Shown here: positions 10,050 to 20,348 of the stretch, piece by piece | Numbering within the stretch: position 1 is the first letter of the stretch | How the letters are laid out: the number at the start of each line of letters is the position of its first letter | Origin: Candidatus Fermentibacteraceae bacterium | GTDB taxonomy: Bacteria > Fermentibacterota > Fermentibacteria > Fermentibacterales > JCC-6 | DNA length: 64,000 nucleotides | Direction of reading: 5' to 3' | NCBI GenBank assembly: GCA_041750285.1 | Contig: JBGSZS010000018.1 | Location: 231,745-295,744 of the forward strand | Made by a program: the position numbers and the translations under genes | Notes under the pieces: generated by a model | What the model saw: only the letters and a program-made list of their open reading frames with translations | Database searches by the model: none | Told to the model about the DNA's origin: nothing

Positions 10050-11099
10050 GATCTGCCTCCTTGAAGGAACCGTTCGATGGCATCGGCGGAACGCCTGCCG
10101 GCGGCGCCGTCCCAGAACGGGATGTCGCGGTGTGCGGAACCACGGCTCGCAAGCCTTTCCGCAACTGCTGCGGGAATATCCCCGGGTTCGGGGCAGAGAA
10201 CGTTCGTACCGATCAGGCAGGTTATGGGCCGCTCGGTGTTGGGTCTCACCGTGACGCAGGGAATCCCCATCACGCTGGTCTCTTCCTGAACGCCTCCCGA
10301 ATCGGTGATGACCACCGCCGAACGCCTCTGGTGGGCTATGAACGCAAGGTAGGTCATGGGGGGGACGAGTGTGAGATTGGTCGGCATGGCAAGCCCCCAT
10401 TCACGGATGTTTTTCAGTGTCCGGGGGTGGGCCGGGAACACAAGGGGGAGCTCAAGCTCACCAAAGGCGGCCATTATGCGGCACAGCTTCGAACGGTCGT
10501 CAACGTTCCCGGGGCGGTGCAGGGTTACCAGAGCGAAGTCGCCGGAGGGAACGGGAATGTCATCGGTGAGGGGAAGCAGCCTTAGCAGGGTATCGATCAT
10601 GGTGTTGCCTGTCATGATCACCGAGCTTTCGGGCCTTCCCTCGGAGAGAAGGTTGTCACGGGCTTCGGGGCTGGTGATGAGCAGAAGGCTGGCGATCTGA
10701 TCGGTGAGAAGCCTGTTGATCTCTTCGGGCATGGTGCGGTCGAAACTGCGGAGCCCCGCTTCGAGGTGGATGACGGGAACACCGTGACGCACCGCGACCA
10801 GGGAACAGGCCAGTGTCGAGTTCACATCGCCGACCACCACCACCGCTTCGGGAAGGTTGCGGAGCATGACGGGTTCGTAGGCTTCCATGATGCGGGCGGT
10901 CTGGGAGGAGATGGACCCTCCGCCGCACCCCAGCGAGACGTCTGGCATGGGCAGCCCGAGCTGCTCGAAGAAGCTGCCGGACATTGAATGGTCGTAGTGC
11001 TGCCCGGTGTGAACGATCCTGTAAGGGAACGATGCGGCCCGCACGAGGGGATCGATCTTCATGAAGTTCGGCCTTGCGCCGCAGACGACATCAATCAAG
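10046..11099 (-). CDS. wecB: UDP-N-acetylglucosamine 2-epimerase (non-hydrolysing)
   Basis: The DVVCGARPNFMKIDPLV N-terminus parallels TVFGTRPEAIKMAPLV, and the HTGQHYD motif is present. I chose a TTG start at 11099 overlapping the rpiB stop; an ATG at 11062 is the alternative. Confidence 0.8.
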
Positions 11100-11531
11100 C
11101 CCGCACCCTTTCTCGATGAGTTCAAGCCTCTCAGCGTGGCGTCCCCCCTCGAAATCACCGGCAAGGAACGCCAGAACGATCTCCCGCGCGTGGAAGGGGG
11201 CGGTGAACCCACCGGCCAGAACCAGCACGTTGGCGTTGTTGTGGCGTCTGGAGAAGGCTGCCATGGTCGTGTTCAAACACAGGGCGGCCCTGATGCCCCT
11301 GTGTCTGTTGGCGGCGATGCTCATCCCGATGCCAGAGTTGCAGACCAGAATGCCGCGATCGCATTCCCCCGAGAGGATTCGCCTGCAGAGGCTGCGGGCA
11401 AAGTCGGGGTAATGCACCGAGCGTGTGTCATGCGTGCCGAGGTCGAGCACCTGGTGACCGGCTTCGGTAAGGCTCTGAACCAGAAAGGATTTCAGGGGAA
11501 AGCCCGCGTGGTCCGATGCTGCAGCGATCAT
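11091..11531 (-). CDS. rpiB: Ribose-5-phosphate isomerase B (RpiB/LacAB family)
   Basis: 146 aa with the GILVCNSGIGMSIAANR signature. Confidence 0.85.
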   Translation of the reverse strand: MIAAASDHAGFPLKSFLVQSLTEAGHQVLDLGTHDTRSVHYPDFARSLCRRILSGECDRGILVCNSGIGMSIAANRHRGIRAALCLNTTMAAFSRRHNNANVLVLAGGFTAPFHAREIVLAFLAGDFEGGRHAERLELIEKGCGLD

Positions 11532-11535
11532 GGAC

Positions 11536-12456
11536 TCAGAGCCCCCCGATGTACGATGCGACGACCCCGGACAGGACCAGGCTGCAGAGTTTGCTCTCCG
11601 CGCTGTCGGCCCTGCTGGTGAGAACCACCGGATTCCTGGCGCCCATGATCACCGCGCCCAGCTCACCGCCGGCGAGGAAGATCAGCGTCTTGTAAAGAAC
11701 GTTTGCCGCCTCGATGTCGGGAAGGAGCATCAGGTCGGCGTTGCCCGCCACGGGACCCCCTACCTTCTTGATCCTCACCGACTCCATGCTGACTGCCAGG
11801 TCGAGTGCGAGAGGCCCCTGGAACAGGATGTCGCCAAACTCCCCGGCATCGGCCATCTTCTGCATGCGGTCGGCCTCGAGGGTGCAGGGCATCTTGTCGT
11901 AGGGAACCTCCTTGGCGCACACGTAGGTGCACCTTGGAGGGTCGATCCCCAGTGAGCGCGCCACGGTGACTGCGTTCCTCAGCATCTCGGTCTTCTGGTC
12001 AAAGTCGGGGGCGATGTTCATGGCGGCGTCGGTCACGATGATGAGCTTGTGGTAGCTTGGGACCTCGAAAGCGGCCACGTGGCTCAGAAGACCATTCCCG
12101 CGGATCCCGTGATCCTTGTCAAGGATCGCCTTCAAAAAAGCACTGGTGGCAACCAGCCCCTTCATAAGAACACCGGCTTCGCCCTTCCTGATGAGGTCGA
12201 CACCAAGGAAGGAGCTCTCATAGTCGTCCTTCGCCGGGACGATGCGCACACCGTTCAGGTCGAATCCCGCTTCTTCAGCGGCGGCCCGGATCCCGTCCTC
12301 GGGGCCCACCAGCACGCAGTCCACCATGCCGCCCGTGACGGCCTCGTTCACTGCGGAAAGGGTCTCCACCTCGTCCGCCCTGACAACGGAAACGGTCTGG
12401 GATGGGAGTTCACGGGCAAGTTGCTTCAATTGCGAGAGAGAACTGATGGGTTTCAT
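11536..12456 (-). CDS. ptb: Phosphate butyryltransferase / phosphotransacetylase family
   Basis: Internal start MKPIS with an AGAGGA RBS. About 306 aa, the Ptb size class, with Pta/Ptb family similarity throughout. Confidence 0.75.
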   Translation of the reverse strand: MKPISSLSQLKQLARELPSQTVSVVRADEVETLSAVNEAVTGGMVDCVLVGPEDGIRAAAEEAGFDLNGVRIVPAKDDYESSFLGVDLIRKGEAGVLMKGLVATSAFLKAILDKDHGIRGNGLLSHVAAFEVPSYHKLIIVTDAAMNIAPDFDQKTEMLRNAVTVARSLGIDPPRCTYVCAKEVPYDKMPCTLEADRMQKMADAGEFGDILFQGPLALDLAVSMESVRIKKVGGPVAGNADLMLLPDIEAANVLYKTLIFLAGGELGAVIMGARNPVVLTSRADSAESKLCSLVLSGVVASYIGGL

Positions 12457-12675
12457 GTTTTCCTCTTTCCTGAAGGTGATTGATGTGCGAAGAGACAAAA
12501 TACAATATGAAATATATCCCGGCGGCCTCGCCGCACCAAAACAAGCATCTCCGAGTTGACAAGTACCGGGGCCGTGGTGAGATTAGCATGAGGACGAATG
12601 CTCTTGTATCACTTTGATACTTTCTATCTTACATAAAATGCACATTCGTACTGCAACCCCTGGAAGGATCTCAAC

Positions 12676-14001
12676 ATGAAACGGATACCCGCTGACAAGG
12701 TGAAGGCAACCATAGCGGAGCACATGCTCGCGGATGGCTACGACATTGCGCTTGATCTCAGGAAAAGCCGTGGCGGAACCATTCACGATGCCGTAACCGG
12801 CCGGGATTACCTTGACCTTTTCAGCTTTTTCGCCAGCGCTCCGCTGGGAATGAACCACCCTGAGCTCACGACCCCGGAGTGGATAAGGCACCTCGGTGAG
12901 ATCGCAGTCAACAACCCCAGCAACAGCGATTTTTATACTGAAGAAATGGCGCTTTTCGTCAAGACGTTCGCCGAAGGCGTGATCCCGGCGAGCCATCCCC
13001 ACCTTTTCTTCATCTCCGGCGGGGCGCTCGCGGTCGAAAACGCCCTCAAGACCGCCTTCGACTGGAAGATAAGAAAAAACCTCGCAGCCGGCCGGGGTGA
13101 GATCGGCACCAAGGTCATCCATTTCAGGAACGCATTCCACGGACGATCAGGTTACACTCTCAGCCTCACGAACACCGCCGATCCGAGAAAATACATGTAC
13201 TTTCCGAAATTCGTGGACTGGCCGCGCATCGACACTCCCCGCATCGTGTTCCCGCTGGACCGGAACCTCGAGAGGGTGAAGGCCTCCGAAGCCGAATCAC
13301 TGGCCCAGATAGACAGTGCGATCGGACAGCACGGCCACGACATCGCCTGCCTCATCATCGAGCCCATACAGGGCGAGGGCGGCGACAACCACTTCCGCCG
13401 CGAATTCTTTCAGGCACTTCGGGAAAGGGCCGACCGTCACGATTTCATGCTCATCTACGACGAGATACAGACGGGGATGGGGCTCACCGGGAACTGGTGG
13501 GCATGGCAGGGACTGGGGGTTCCGCCCGACATCTTCTGCTTCGGCAAGAAGGCCCAGGTCTGCGGAATCGCCTGCAGCAACAGGGTTGACGAAGTTCCGG
13601 AAAACGTGTTCAGGGAATCCAGCAGGATCAACTCGACATGGGGTGGCAACCTGGTCGACATGGTTCGCAGCACGGCCTTCGTAGACATCATGACAAGGGA
13701 GAACACCCTTCAGAACGTGCGTGAACAGAGCAGGACGGTTCTTGAAGGGCTGCACGCGCTCGAAACCCGGTTCCCTGGAAGGGTTTCCGAAGTCAGGGGA
13801 AGCGGCCTCATGTGCGCCTTCGACCTCGAGAACGGAACCATCCGCAACGCCCTCGTCGAAACAATCTTCAGAAACGGTGCCATCATCCTTCCATGCGGCA
13901 CAAGATCCATCAGGTTCAGGCCGCCTCTAAACATCTCCTCCACCGAGGTGGCAAGTGCTCTTTCGATAATCGAAAGGTCGATGGAGGAAGTCTTTGCGTG
14001 A
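12676..14001 (+). CDS. lat: L-lysine 6-aminotransferase (class III PLP aminotransferase)
   Basis: Close, collinear resemblance to actinobacterial Lat (YLDLFSFFASAPLGMNHP, NPSNSDFYT, GGALAVENALKTAFDWK, HGRSGYTLSLTNT, EPIQGEGGD, YDEIQTG, FGKK). Confidence 0.8.
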   Translation: MKRIPADKVKATIAEHMLADGYDIALDLRKSRGGTIHDAVTGRDYLDLFSFFASAPLGMNHPELTTPEWIRHLGEIAVNNPSNSDFYTEEMALFVKTFAEGVIPASHPHLFFISGGALAVENALKTAFDWKIRKNLAAGRGEIGTKVIHFRNAFHGRSGYTLSLTNTADPRKYMYFPKFVDWPRIDTPRIVFPLDRNLERVKASEAESLAQIDSAIGQHGHDIACLIIEPIQGEGGDNHFRREFFQALRERADRHDFMLIYDEIQTGMGLTGNWWAWQGLGVPPDIFCFGKKAQVCGIACSNRVDEVPENVFRESSRINSTWGGNLVDMVRSTAFVDIMTRENTLQNVREQSRTVLEGLHALETRFPGRVSEVRGSGLMCAFDLENGTIRNALVETIFRNGAIILPCGTRSIRFRPPLNISSTEVASALSIIERSMEEVFA

Positions 14002-14028
14002 AGCCGTACGACCGGAGATGAGCAAGCC

Positions 14029-14802
14029 ATGACGCCCGACCCCTTCCGTGACCACAAGCTCGAGATAGCGCGCGTTGCGCACCATCTTGCCGCAATGGGC
14101 TGGTGCGAGGGCAACGCCGGCAACATTTCCATGCTGCTGCCGAGGGGGGAGTACACGCCCGAAGACAACCTTCAGGCTTCCATGCCCCTGCCCGAGCAGT
14201 TAAGACCCCTTGCGGGCAGGACGATCCTCATCACAACCAGCGGAAGCCGCTTCAGACGCATGATGCTGGACCGGGAGTCGGCCATCGTCCCCGTCACCGT
14301 CTCCCGGTTCGGCAACTCCATTCTGTGGCCACAGGAATACAACAGGCCCTCAAGCGAGTTATCGACCCACCTCCAGGTACTTGCTCTGGCCGAAGCGCGG
14401 GGATGGCCCGCCGCATCGATCGTCCACACCCATTCAACATCCATGCTTGCCCTTTCATCCAGCGACCTTCCGGGGGAGACCCTCGAGGACGCCATGTGGA
14501 GGGCGCACCCCGAGCTTTCCCAACTCCTTGACAGGGGGCTTCACTTCCTCGACTTCCAGACCCCCGGAACCTGGGAGCTTGGCCGGAGTACCGCCGAGCT
14601 GTTCACCAACTCCGATGTTGTGGTCTGGCGGAAACACGGCATACTGGCCTTCGGGCCCGACCCAGAAGCAGCGTGCGATTTCGTTGAACTGGCGGAGAAA
14701 GCCGCAGTGCTCCTGCTGATGGAGATGAACGCATTCGGAAGGTTCCAGGGCCTGAAGGACCGTGAACTCAAGGTCCTGCGGGATGACCTGGCCAGGGAAT
14801 GA
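14029..14802 (+). CDS. Class II aldolase/adducin family protein
   Basis: GNAGNIS and HTHS zinc-ligand motifs, typical of L-fuculose- or rhamnulose-phosphate-aldolase-like enzymes. Confidence 0.7.
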   Translation: MTPDPFRDHKLEIARVAHHLAAMGWCEGNAGNISMLLPRGEYTPEDNLQASMPLPEQLRPLAGRTILITTSGSRFRRMMLDRESAIVPVTVSRFGNSILWPQEYNRPSSELSTHLQVLALAEARGWPAASIVHTHSTSMLALSSSDLPGETLEDAMWRAHPELSQLLDRGLHFLDFQTPGTWELGRSTAELFTNSDVVVWRKHGILAFGPDPEAACDFVELAEKAAVLLLMEMNAFGRFQGLKDRELKVLRDDLARE

Positions 14803-14898
14803 CGGTTCCCGTGCTTGTGGACACCGGCCCGAAACCGGGCTATATCATGCTGTAATGTTGCGCGAGGTGTTTTTTCATACGAAAGGTACAGGCACCCG

Positions 14899-15678
14899 AT
14901 GAGAATATGCGTTCTTTCCGTTGTTGCACTTGCAGTGCTGCTTTCGGGATGCACATCCCAGAACCCGATAGACCCCGACGGCACCCTGCCGATCGTCAGC
15001 GGACTTACACTTTCAACGGACGCCTGCAGGGGAGACACCCTTGTTTTCACATGGGATTCCCTTACCGTTCCCGTGGATGAATACACGCTCTGGTTCTCGG
15101 ACAACCCTCTCTTCGTCTGGATGAAGGCGGGAGACTTCCCCGGGCTTGTCGGCACCCACGTGGCGGACCGCTGCTACACCTACAGCGTGTGGGCCCAGTC
15201 GGGAAGCCAGCATTCCACAGCTCTATCCGCCAGGGTCATCGTTGGCACCACGCCCCTCGGCACAGCCACCACCCCTTCGGAAAAGGCCATAGCCGGCTTC
15301 TCCGTGAGCCCCGACACCATTGTGGGCGGCGACGCCTCGAACCCCGACTTCGCTCAGGACTTCTTCCTCAGACGGGAAATGATGGGCTACATCATCTGCG
15401 GCGGTCACACCGACCCGCGGACATGCCCGGGCGGCCGCTGGGCCCAGCTGGCCCCCGCCTTCGGCGACGGCTTCAAGGCTCCCGAACCCGACAGCATGAA
15501 CTGGTCCGACACCCTTTCCCTCTTCACCTCTCCCAGGTTCTTCATCAGACTGGAAAGCGGTCACTACGGCAGGTTCACGGCCATGGTCTACGATAACCCC
15601 GACACTCTCGTTCAGGGTGAGATAGCCGAGGTCAACTTCGTGTACCAGCCCATCCCGAGGGTCAGGCTGTTCGACTAG
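14899..15678 (+). CDS. Hypothetical lipoprotein
   Basis: Internal start MRICVLSVVALAVLLSGC (lipobox LSGC) preceded by AAAGG. No recognised domain. Confidence 0.55.
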   Translation: MRICVLSVVALAVLLSGCTSQNPIDPDGTLPIVSGLTLSTDACRGDTLVFTWDSLTVPVDEYTLWFSDNPLFVWMKAGDFPGLVGTHVADRCYTYSVWAQSGSQHSTALSARVIVGTTPLGTATTPSEKAIAGFSVSPDTIVGGDASNPDFAQDFFLRREMMGYIICGGHTDPRTCPGGRWAQLAPAFGDGFKAPEPDSMNWSDTLSLFTSPRFFIRLESGHYGRFTAMVYDNPDTLVQGEIAEVNFVYQPIPRVRLFD

Positions 15679-15688
15679 GAAGCTCCCG

Positions 15689-17032
15689 TCAGGGCGTCAG
15701 CCGTTTCACATCCCGGGGAAACATGGTGGTGTACCTTATGTTCTCCACGCCCAGCAGCCTTGCCGTCAGCCTTTCAAGGCCTATTGCCAGCCCCCCGTGG
15801 GGCGGAAGGCCGTACAGATGGGCCTGCAGGTAGTCACTGAAGTCATCGGGGTTCAGTCCGAAACGGACCATCTTCTCCACCTGCATGTCGTAGTCATGGA
15901 TTCGCTGGCCGCCGGTGGTTATCTCGAGCCCCCGGAAAAGAAGGTCGAAACTCCTGGTGGTTCCCGGGGCGTCGGGATCCTCCATAGTGTAGAACGGTCT
16001 TTTCTCTGTGGGGAAGTGTGTGACGAAAACGAACTCAGACCCCCACTCCAGTGATGCATGTCTGCAAAGGATCCTCTCCTCCTCGGGGTCGAGGTCGGGC
16101 TCACCCGAGTAGTCGCGCCCGCCCAGCGCACCAGTTATGGCGTGGGCTTCCGAGAGTGTGACGCATGGGACTTCGGCCGGAGGCTCGGGCATTTCGACGG
16201 CAAGCAGGGAGAGCTCGGAGGAGTAATCCGTGCGCAGGAGTTCGAGGCTGTGGCGCAGAAGCTCCACTTCCAGCTTCATCACATCGGTGTGGTCGGTGAT
16301 GAAACCCATCTCGAAGTCGAGGGAGGTGTACTCGTTGACGTGCCTGCTGGTCTGATGGGGTTCGGCCCTGAACACCGGGCCAGTCTCGAACACCCTTTCG
16401 AAGATGCCGACGCCCATCTGTTTGTAGAACTGGGGTGACTGGGCCAGGAAGGCTGTCCTTTCGAAATACTTAACCGGAAAGATGTTGGCGCCGCCTTCAG
16501 CACCGGCGAGGCAGATCTTGGGCGTGTGTATCTCGGTGAAACCGTTGAGGTGCAGAAAGCTCCGGAAGCCCCTGCAGAACCCCTCGGCGATCCTCAGCCT
16601 GGCCCGTTCAACGGGATGCCTGAGGCTGAGCGGCCGGAGGTCGAGGTTGTTGTCGATGTGAAGGTCGAGGACCTTCTTGGACAGATCCACAGGGGAACGG
16701 CTGCGGGGGGAGGAGACGACCTTCATGCTCTCCACCTGTATCTCTATGCTGCCGGGGTTTATGGAGGGGTCTTTGATGACCGCTTCCTTCACCAGCCCGG
16801 TGACCACCACGGCCTGTTCCTCGGCAAGGCTTTCAAGCATTGCTTCCGAACCCTCTCCCGACACGATGCACTGAACAAGCCCGTCGTGCCGCCTGAGTAT
16901 CACGAAAGCCCCCCAGGAAAGTCTTCTGATCCTCATCACCATTCCTGAAAGCGTTACGGTCTGTCCCGCCTTCCCGGCGAGTTCGCCCGATGAAAGAGGC
17001 GCTCTGCTCTCTCCGGCGGGTACCGTGGTCAT
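15689..17032 (-). CDS. aspS: Aspartate--tRNA ligase, archaeal/eukaryotic type (AspRS2)
   Basis: Class IIb signature motifs FRAEPHQTSRHVNEYTSLDFEMGF and GGLAIGLERL. The N-terminal OB fold and length match the archaeal-type enzyme. The start MTTVPAG has an AAAGGAG RBS and an ATGA overlap with the upstream ORF. Confidence 0.8.
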   Translation of the reverse strand: MTTVPAGESRAPLSSGELAGKAGQTVTLSGMVMRIRRLSWGAFVILRRHDGLVQCIVSGEGSEAMLESLAEEQAVVVTGLVKEAVIKDPSINPGSIEIQVESMKVVSSPRSRSPVDLSKKVLDLHIDNNLDLRPLSLRHPVERARLRIAEGFCRGFRSFLHLNGFTEIHTPKICLAGAEGGANIFPVKYFERTAFLAQSPQFYKQMGVGIFERVFETGPVFRAEPHQTSRHVNEYTSLDFEMGFITDHTDVMKLEVELLRHSLELLRTDYSSELSLLAVEMPEPPAEVPCVTLSEAHAITGALGGRDYSGEPDLDPEEERILCRHASLEWGSEFVFVTHFPTEKRPFYTMEDPDAPGTTRSFDLLFRGLEITTGGQRIHDYDMQVEKMVRFGLNPDDFSDYLQAHLYGLPPHGGLAIGLERLTARLLGVENIRYTTMFPRDVKRLTP

Positions 17033-17496
17033 TTCGTCTCCTTTTCGTTCAGGGTGCTTCTGGCAACCCTTATGAGCCTGTTGGGCGTTCCCTCGTAACG
17101 GGCCAGCGCATCCGCGCACCGGGATTCGAGAAGCCCGGCAAGCTCATTCGTCTCGGGTGTGAGAGCACCGGCCCGCCTGGCCGTGTAGCAGAGCTGTCTG
17201 ACCCTTGTCCTTATCTCGGTGACCCTGAGCTGGTAATGGGCCCTGCATCGCTCCCGGAACAGGATCAACCCGGGAAGGCCGGCTTTCAGGGCCTCTTCCT
17301 TCTCGAGCTGAAAACCCTCCTCGAGCCTGTCCAGAAAGCGGGACAGCAGCCCGAGTTCGGATTCAGTGCCTTCGGGATGTGAGTTCGATCCCATTTCATC
17401 CGGTCTTTCACCTGCGGACGCCCTGGAAGATACTAAAAACAGTCCTTCATGGAAATTCATCGGTTGCGCAACATGGAACGCTGGGATAGATTTCAA
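17029..17496 (-). CDS. Hypothetical protein with an uncertain start, translationally coupled to aspS
   Basis: ORF whose stop overlaps the aspS ATG (ATGA). No recognisable domain and predicted to be helical. An internal start MGSNSHPEG (17394) is possible. Confidence 0.4.
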   Translation of the reverse strand: MKSIPAFHVAQPMNFHEGLFLVSSRASAGERPDEMGSNSHPEGTESELGLLSRFLDRLEEGFQLEKEEALKAGLPGLILFRERCRAHYQLRVTEIRTRVRQLCYTARRAGALTPETNELAGLLESRCADALARYEGTPNRLIRVARSTLNEKETK

Positions 17497-17550
17497 ACGA
17501 CATTCCAGTTTCGAACACAGTCCCCATTCAGAGGCTCACCGGGAGGAAAG

Positions 17551-18666
17551 ATGTCCGTCGAGACCAGAACGAGAATACTTGTCGTGAACCCAGGCTCCAC
17601 ATCCACGAAGATCTCCGTTTTCGAGGGGGAGAAGGAAGTCTGGAAGCTCAAGCTTGACCACTCATCGGAAGAACTTGCCCCCTACGAGAAGATCTTCGAC
17701 CAGTACAATTTCCGGGAAGGAGTGATCCTTTCGGAACTGGAGAGGGCGGGGTACCCGATAGGCAGCTTCGCAGCCATCGTTGGCCGGGGCGGCGTGTCCA
17801 AACCGATTCCCGGTGGGACGTACATCGTCGACCAGGGGCTTCTCGATGATCTGGAGAGCGGGGTCTACGGCGAACACGCATCCAACCTCGGGGCGCCCAT
17901 AGCGGCAAAACTGGGGAAGACAGCGGGGTGCCCCGCCTTCATGGTGGATCCCGTGGTTGTCGACGAGCTGGAGCCTCCGGCCCGCTTCTCGGGTCATCCC
18001 GCCATAAGCCGGCGTTCAATATTCCACGCCCTCAACCAGCGCGCTGTTGCACGCAAGGTGGCGCGCGAGATGGGAAAGGGCTACGACGAGTGCAACTTCG
18101 TCGTCGTTCACCTCGGGGGCGGGATAAGTGTCGGAGCCCACAGACGGGGACGGGTCATTGACGTGAACAACGCCCTCGACGGTGACGGTCCGTTTTCCCC
18201 CGAGCGTTCCGGCGGTCTTCCCTCGGGCCAGATGGCTGCGCTCTGCTTCAGCGGGAAGTACACGCTCGACCAGGTTAAAAAGATGATCAAGGGCCAGGGC
18301 GGCATCGTCGCCTACCTTGACACCAACGACATGAGGCTGGTGGAGGACCGCATTCATGGCGGCGACCTCGAGTGGCGGAAGGTCTACCACGCCATGGCGT
18401 ACCAGGTTGCGAAGGAGATCGGGGCCATGGCCGCGGTGCTTCAGGGCGACATCGACGCTGTGATAGTGACCGGCGGAATCGCTTACGACAGGCAGTTCAT
18501 AAAGTGGCTGGAGGAAATGACAGGCTTCCTCGCCCCTCTTCGGGTCATTCCCGGCGAGATGGAGATGGAAGCCCTGGCTACGGGCGCCCTGAGGGTCCTG
18601 AGCGGCCAGGAGACACCCCGGACCTACGGATCCGATCCACGGGAGGTTGGAAGCAATGAGCAGTGA
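17551..18666 (+). CDS. buk: Butyrate kinase
   Basis: Start [21 protein letters not shown] with a GGAGGAAAG RBS. ASKHG-family acetate/butyrate kinase motifs ([22 protein letters not shown]). Confidence 0.85.
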   Translation: MSVETRTRILVVNPGSTSTKISVFEGEKEVWKLKLDHSSEELAPYEKIFDQYNFREGVILSELERAGYPIGSFAAIVGRGGVSKPIPGGTYIVDQGLLDDLESGVYGEHASNLGAPIAAKLGKTAGCPAFMVDPVVVDELEPPARFSGHPAISRRSIFHALNQRAVARKVAREMGKGYDECNFVVVHLGGGISVGAHRRGRVIDVNNALDGDGPFSPERSGGLPSGQMAALCFSGKYTLDQVKKMIKGQGGIVAYLDTNDMRLVEDRIHGGDLEWRKVYHAMAYQVAKEIGAMAAVLQGDIDAVIVTGGIAYDRQFIKWLEEMTGFLAPLRVIPGEMEMEALATGALRVLSGQETPRTYGSDPREVGSNEQ

Positions 18667-20317
18667 TTTCGAAAAGGCCAGGGCCGCATGGGAAGAGGGG
18701 CTTGTCAGGAAGACGCTGGAAAAGTTCCCCGAGCGGCGCAGCGAGTTCGGAACTCCGGGCGGCATCCCGGTGGAACGAGTGTACAATCCGCACTGCCCCT
18801 GCAGCGATTTCATGGAAACCCATGGATTCCCCGGCGAATACCCCTTCACCAGGGGCGTCCAGCCCACCATGTACAGGGGCCGTTTCTGGACCATGCGCCA
18901 GTACGCTGGCTTCGGCACCGCCGAAGAGTCCAACCGCCGTTACAGGTATCTTCTGGAAGCCGGTCAGACCGGGCTTTCAGTGGCGTTCGACCTTCCCACG
19001 CAGATCGGGTACGATTCCGATCACCCGTTGTGCGCCGGTGAGGTGGGCAAGGTCGGCGTGGCCATAGACAGCCTGGCGGACATGGAGATCCTGTTCGGAG
19101 GCATCCCGCTCGACACGGTTTCGACAAGCATGACGATAAACGCGCCCGCTTCGGTTCTTCTGGCAATGTACATCGCGGTGGCGGAGAAGCAGGGGGTCAA
19201 CCGTGACAGGCTTCAGGGGACAATCCAGAACGACATACTGAAGGAATACATGGCCCGCGGCACGTACATCTTCCCCCCTTCCCCATCCATGCGGCTCATC
19301 ACCGACATCTTCGCGTTCTGCAAAAGCGATGTCCCGAAATGGAACACCATATCGATCAGCGGTTACCACATCAGGGAGGCGGGAAGCACCGCCGCCCAGG
19401 AGGTGGCCTTCACCCTTGCGGACGGCATAGCCTACGTGGAGGCCGCCATAAAGGCCGGGATGGGAGTGGACGAGTTCGGTCCCAGGCTCAGCTTCTTCTT
19501 CAACGCCCACAACGACCTTTTCGAGGAGGTGGCCAAGTTCAGGGCCGCCAGAAGGCTCTGGGCACGCATAATGCGGGACCGCTTCAAGGCTGCCGACCCC
19601 CGCAGCCAGATGCTCCGGTTCCACACCCAGACCGGCGGAAGCACCCTCACGGCCCAGCAGCCCGACAACAACATAGTCAGGGTGGCGGTTCAAACCCTTG
19701 CAGCCGTGCTCGGGGGCACGCAGAGCCTGCACACCAACAGCCGCGACGAGGCCCTTGCTCTTCCCACCGAACACGCGGTCACCATCGCCCTCAGAACGCA
19801 GCAGATAATCGCCTGCGAAAGCGGTGTGACCGACACTGTCGACCCCCTGGGCGGAAGCTGGTACCTCGAGGACCTGACGGACACCGTCGAAAAACAGGCC
19901 ATGGAGCTCATCCGTGATATCGACGCCATGGGCGGCATGGTAAGGGCAATAGAGGAAGGCTACCCGCAAAGGCGCATCCAGGACGCCGCCTACGACTACC
20001 AGAAGCAGGTGGAGTCGGGTGACAGGGTAGTGGTGGGCGTAAACAAGTTCCAGCAGAAGGAGACCGGCAGGGCCGACCTTCTCAAGGTAGACCCCGAAGT
20101 CGAGAACTCTCAAAGAGAGAAGCTTGCGGCAGTAAGGGCACACCGAGGGGAATCCGAGGCAGCCGCCTCACTCTCGACCCTCAGGCTCGCCGCGGGGGGT
20201 TCGGACAACCTCATGCCCCCGATACTGGAGTGCGTGAGGCGTTACGCAACGCTTGGCGAGATCTGCGGAGTGCTGAGGGAGGAGTTCGGGGAGTACCAGC
20301 CCAGAACGGTCGTTTGA
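18656..20317 (+). CDS. Acyl-CoA mutase large (catalytic TIM-barrel) subunit, split type, either methylmalonyl-CoA or isobutyryl-CoA mutase. No B12-binding domain is present.
   Basis: About 553 aa of MCM/ICM catalytic-domain similarity ([35 protein letters not shown]). The ATG at 18656 has GGGAGG upstream and overlaps the buk stop by 11 nt. Confidence 0.8.
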   Translation: MSSDFEKARAAWEEGLVRKTLEKFPERRSEFGTPGGIPVERVYNPHCPCSDFMETHGFPGEYPFTRGVQPTMYRGRFWTMRQYAGFGTAEESNRRYRYLLEAGQTGLSVAFDLPTQIGYDSDHPLCAGEVGKVGVAIDSLADMEILFGGIPLDTVSTSMTINAPASVLLAMYIAVAEKQGVNRDRLQGTIQNDILKEYMARGTYIFPPSPSMRLITDIFAFCKSDVPKWNTISISGYHIREAGSTAAQEVAFTLADGIAYVEAAIKAGMGVDEFGPRLSFFFNAHNDLFEEVAKFRAARRLWARIMRDRFKAADPRSQMLRFHTQTGGSTLTAQQPDNNIVRVAVQTLAAVLGGTQSLHTNSRDEALALPTEHAVTIALRTQQIIACESGVTDTVDPLGGSWYLEDLTDTVEKQAMELIRDIDAMGGMVRAIEEGYPQRRIQDAAYDYQKQVESGDRVVVGVNKFQQKETGRADLLKVDPEVENSQREKLAAVRAHRGESEAAASLSTLRLAAGGSDNLMPPILECVRRYATLGEICGVLREEFGEYQPRTVV

Positions 20318-20348
20318 CCGCAAGGGGCGTACTGCGCCGGAAGCCCCT

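Noticed and set aside
18016-20143. Long minus-strand ORFs (305 aa and 388 aa) inside buk and the mutase
   Set aside because: They lie antisense to confidently identified enzymes and have no motifs.
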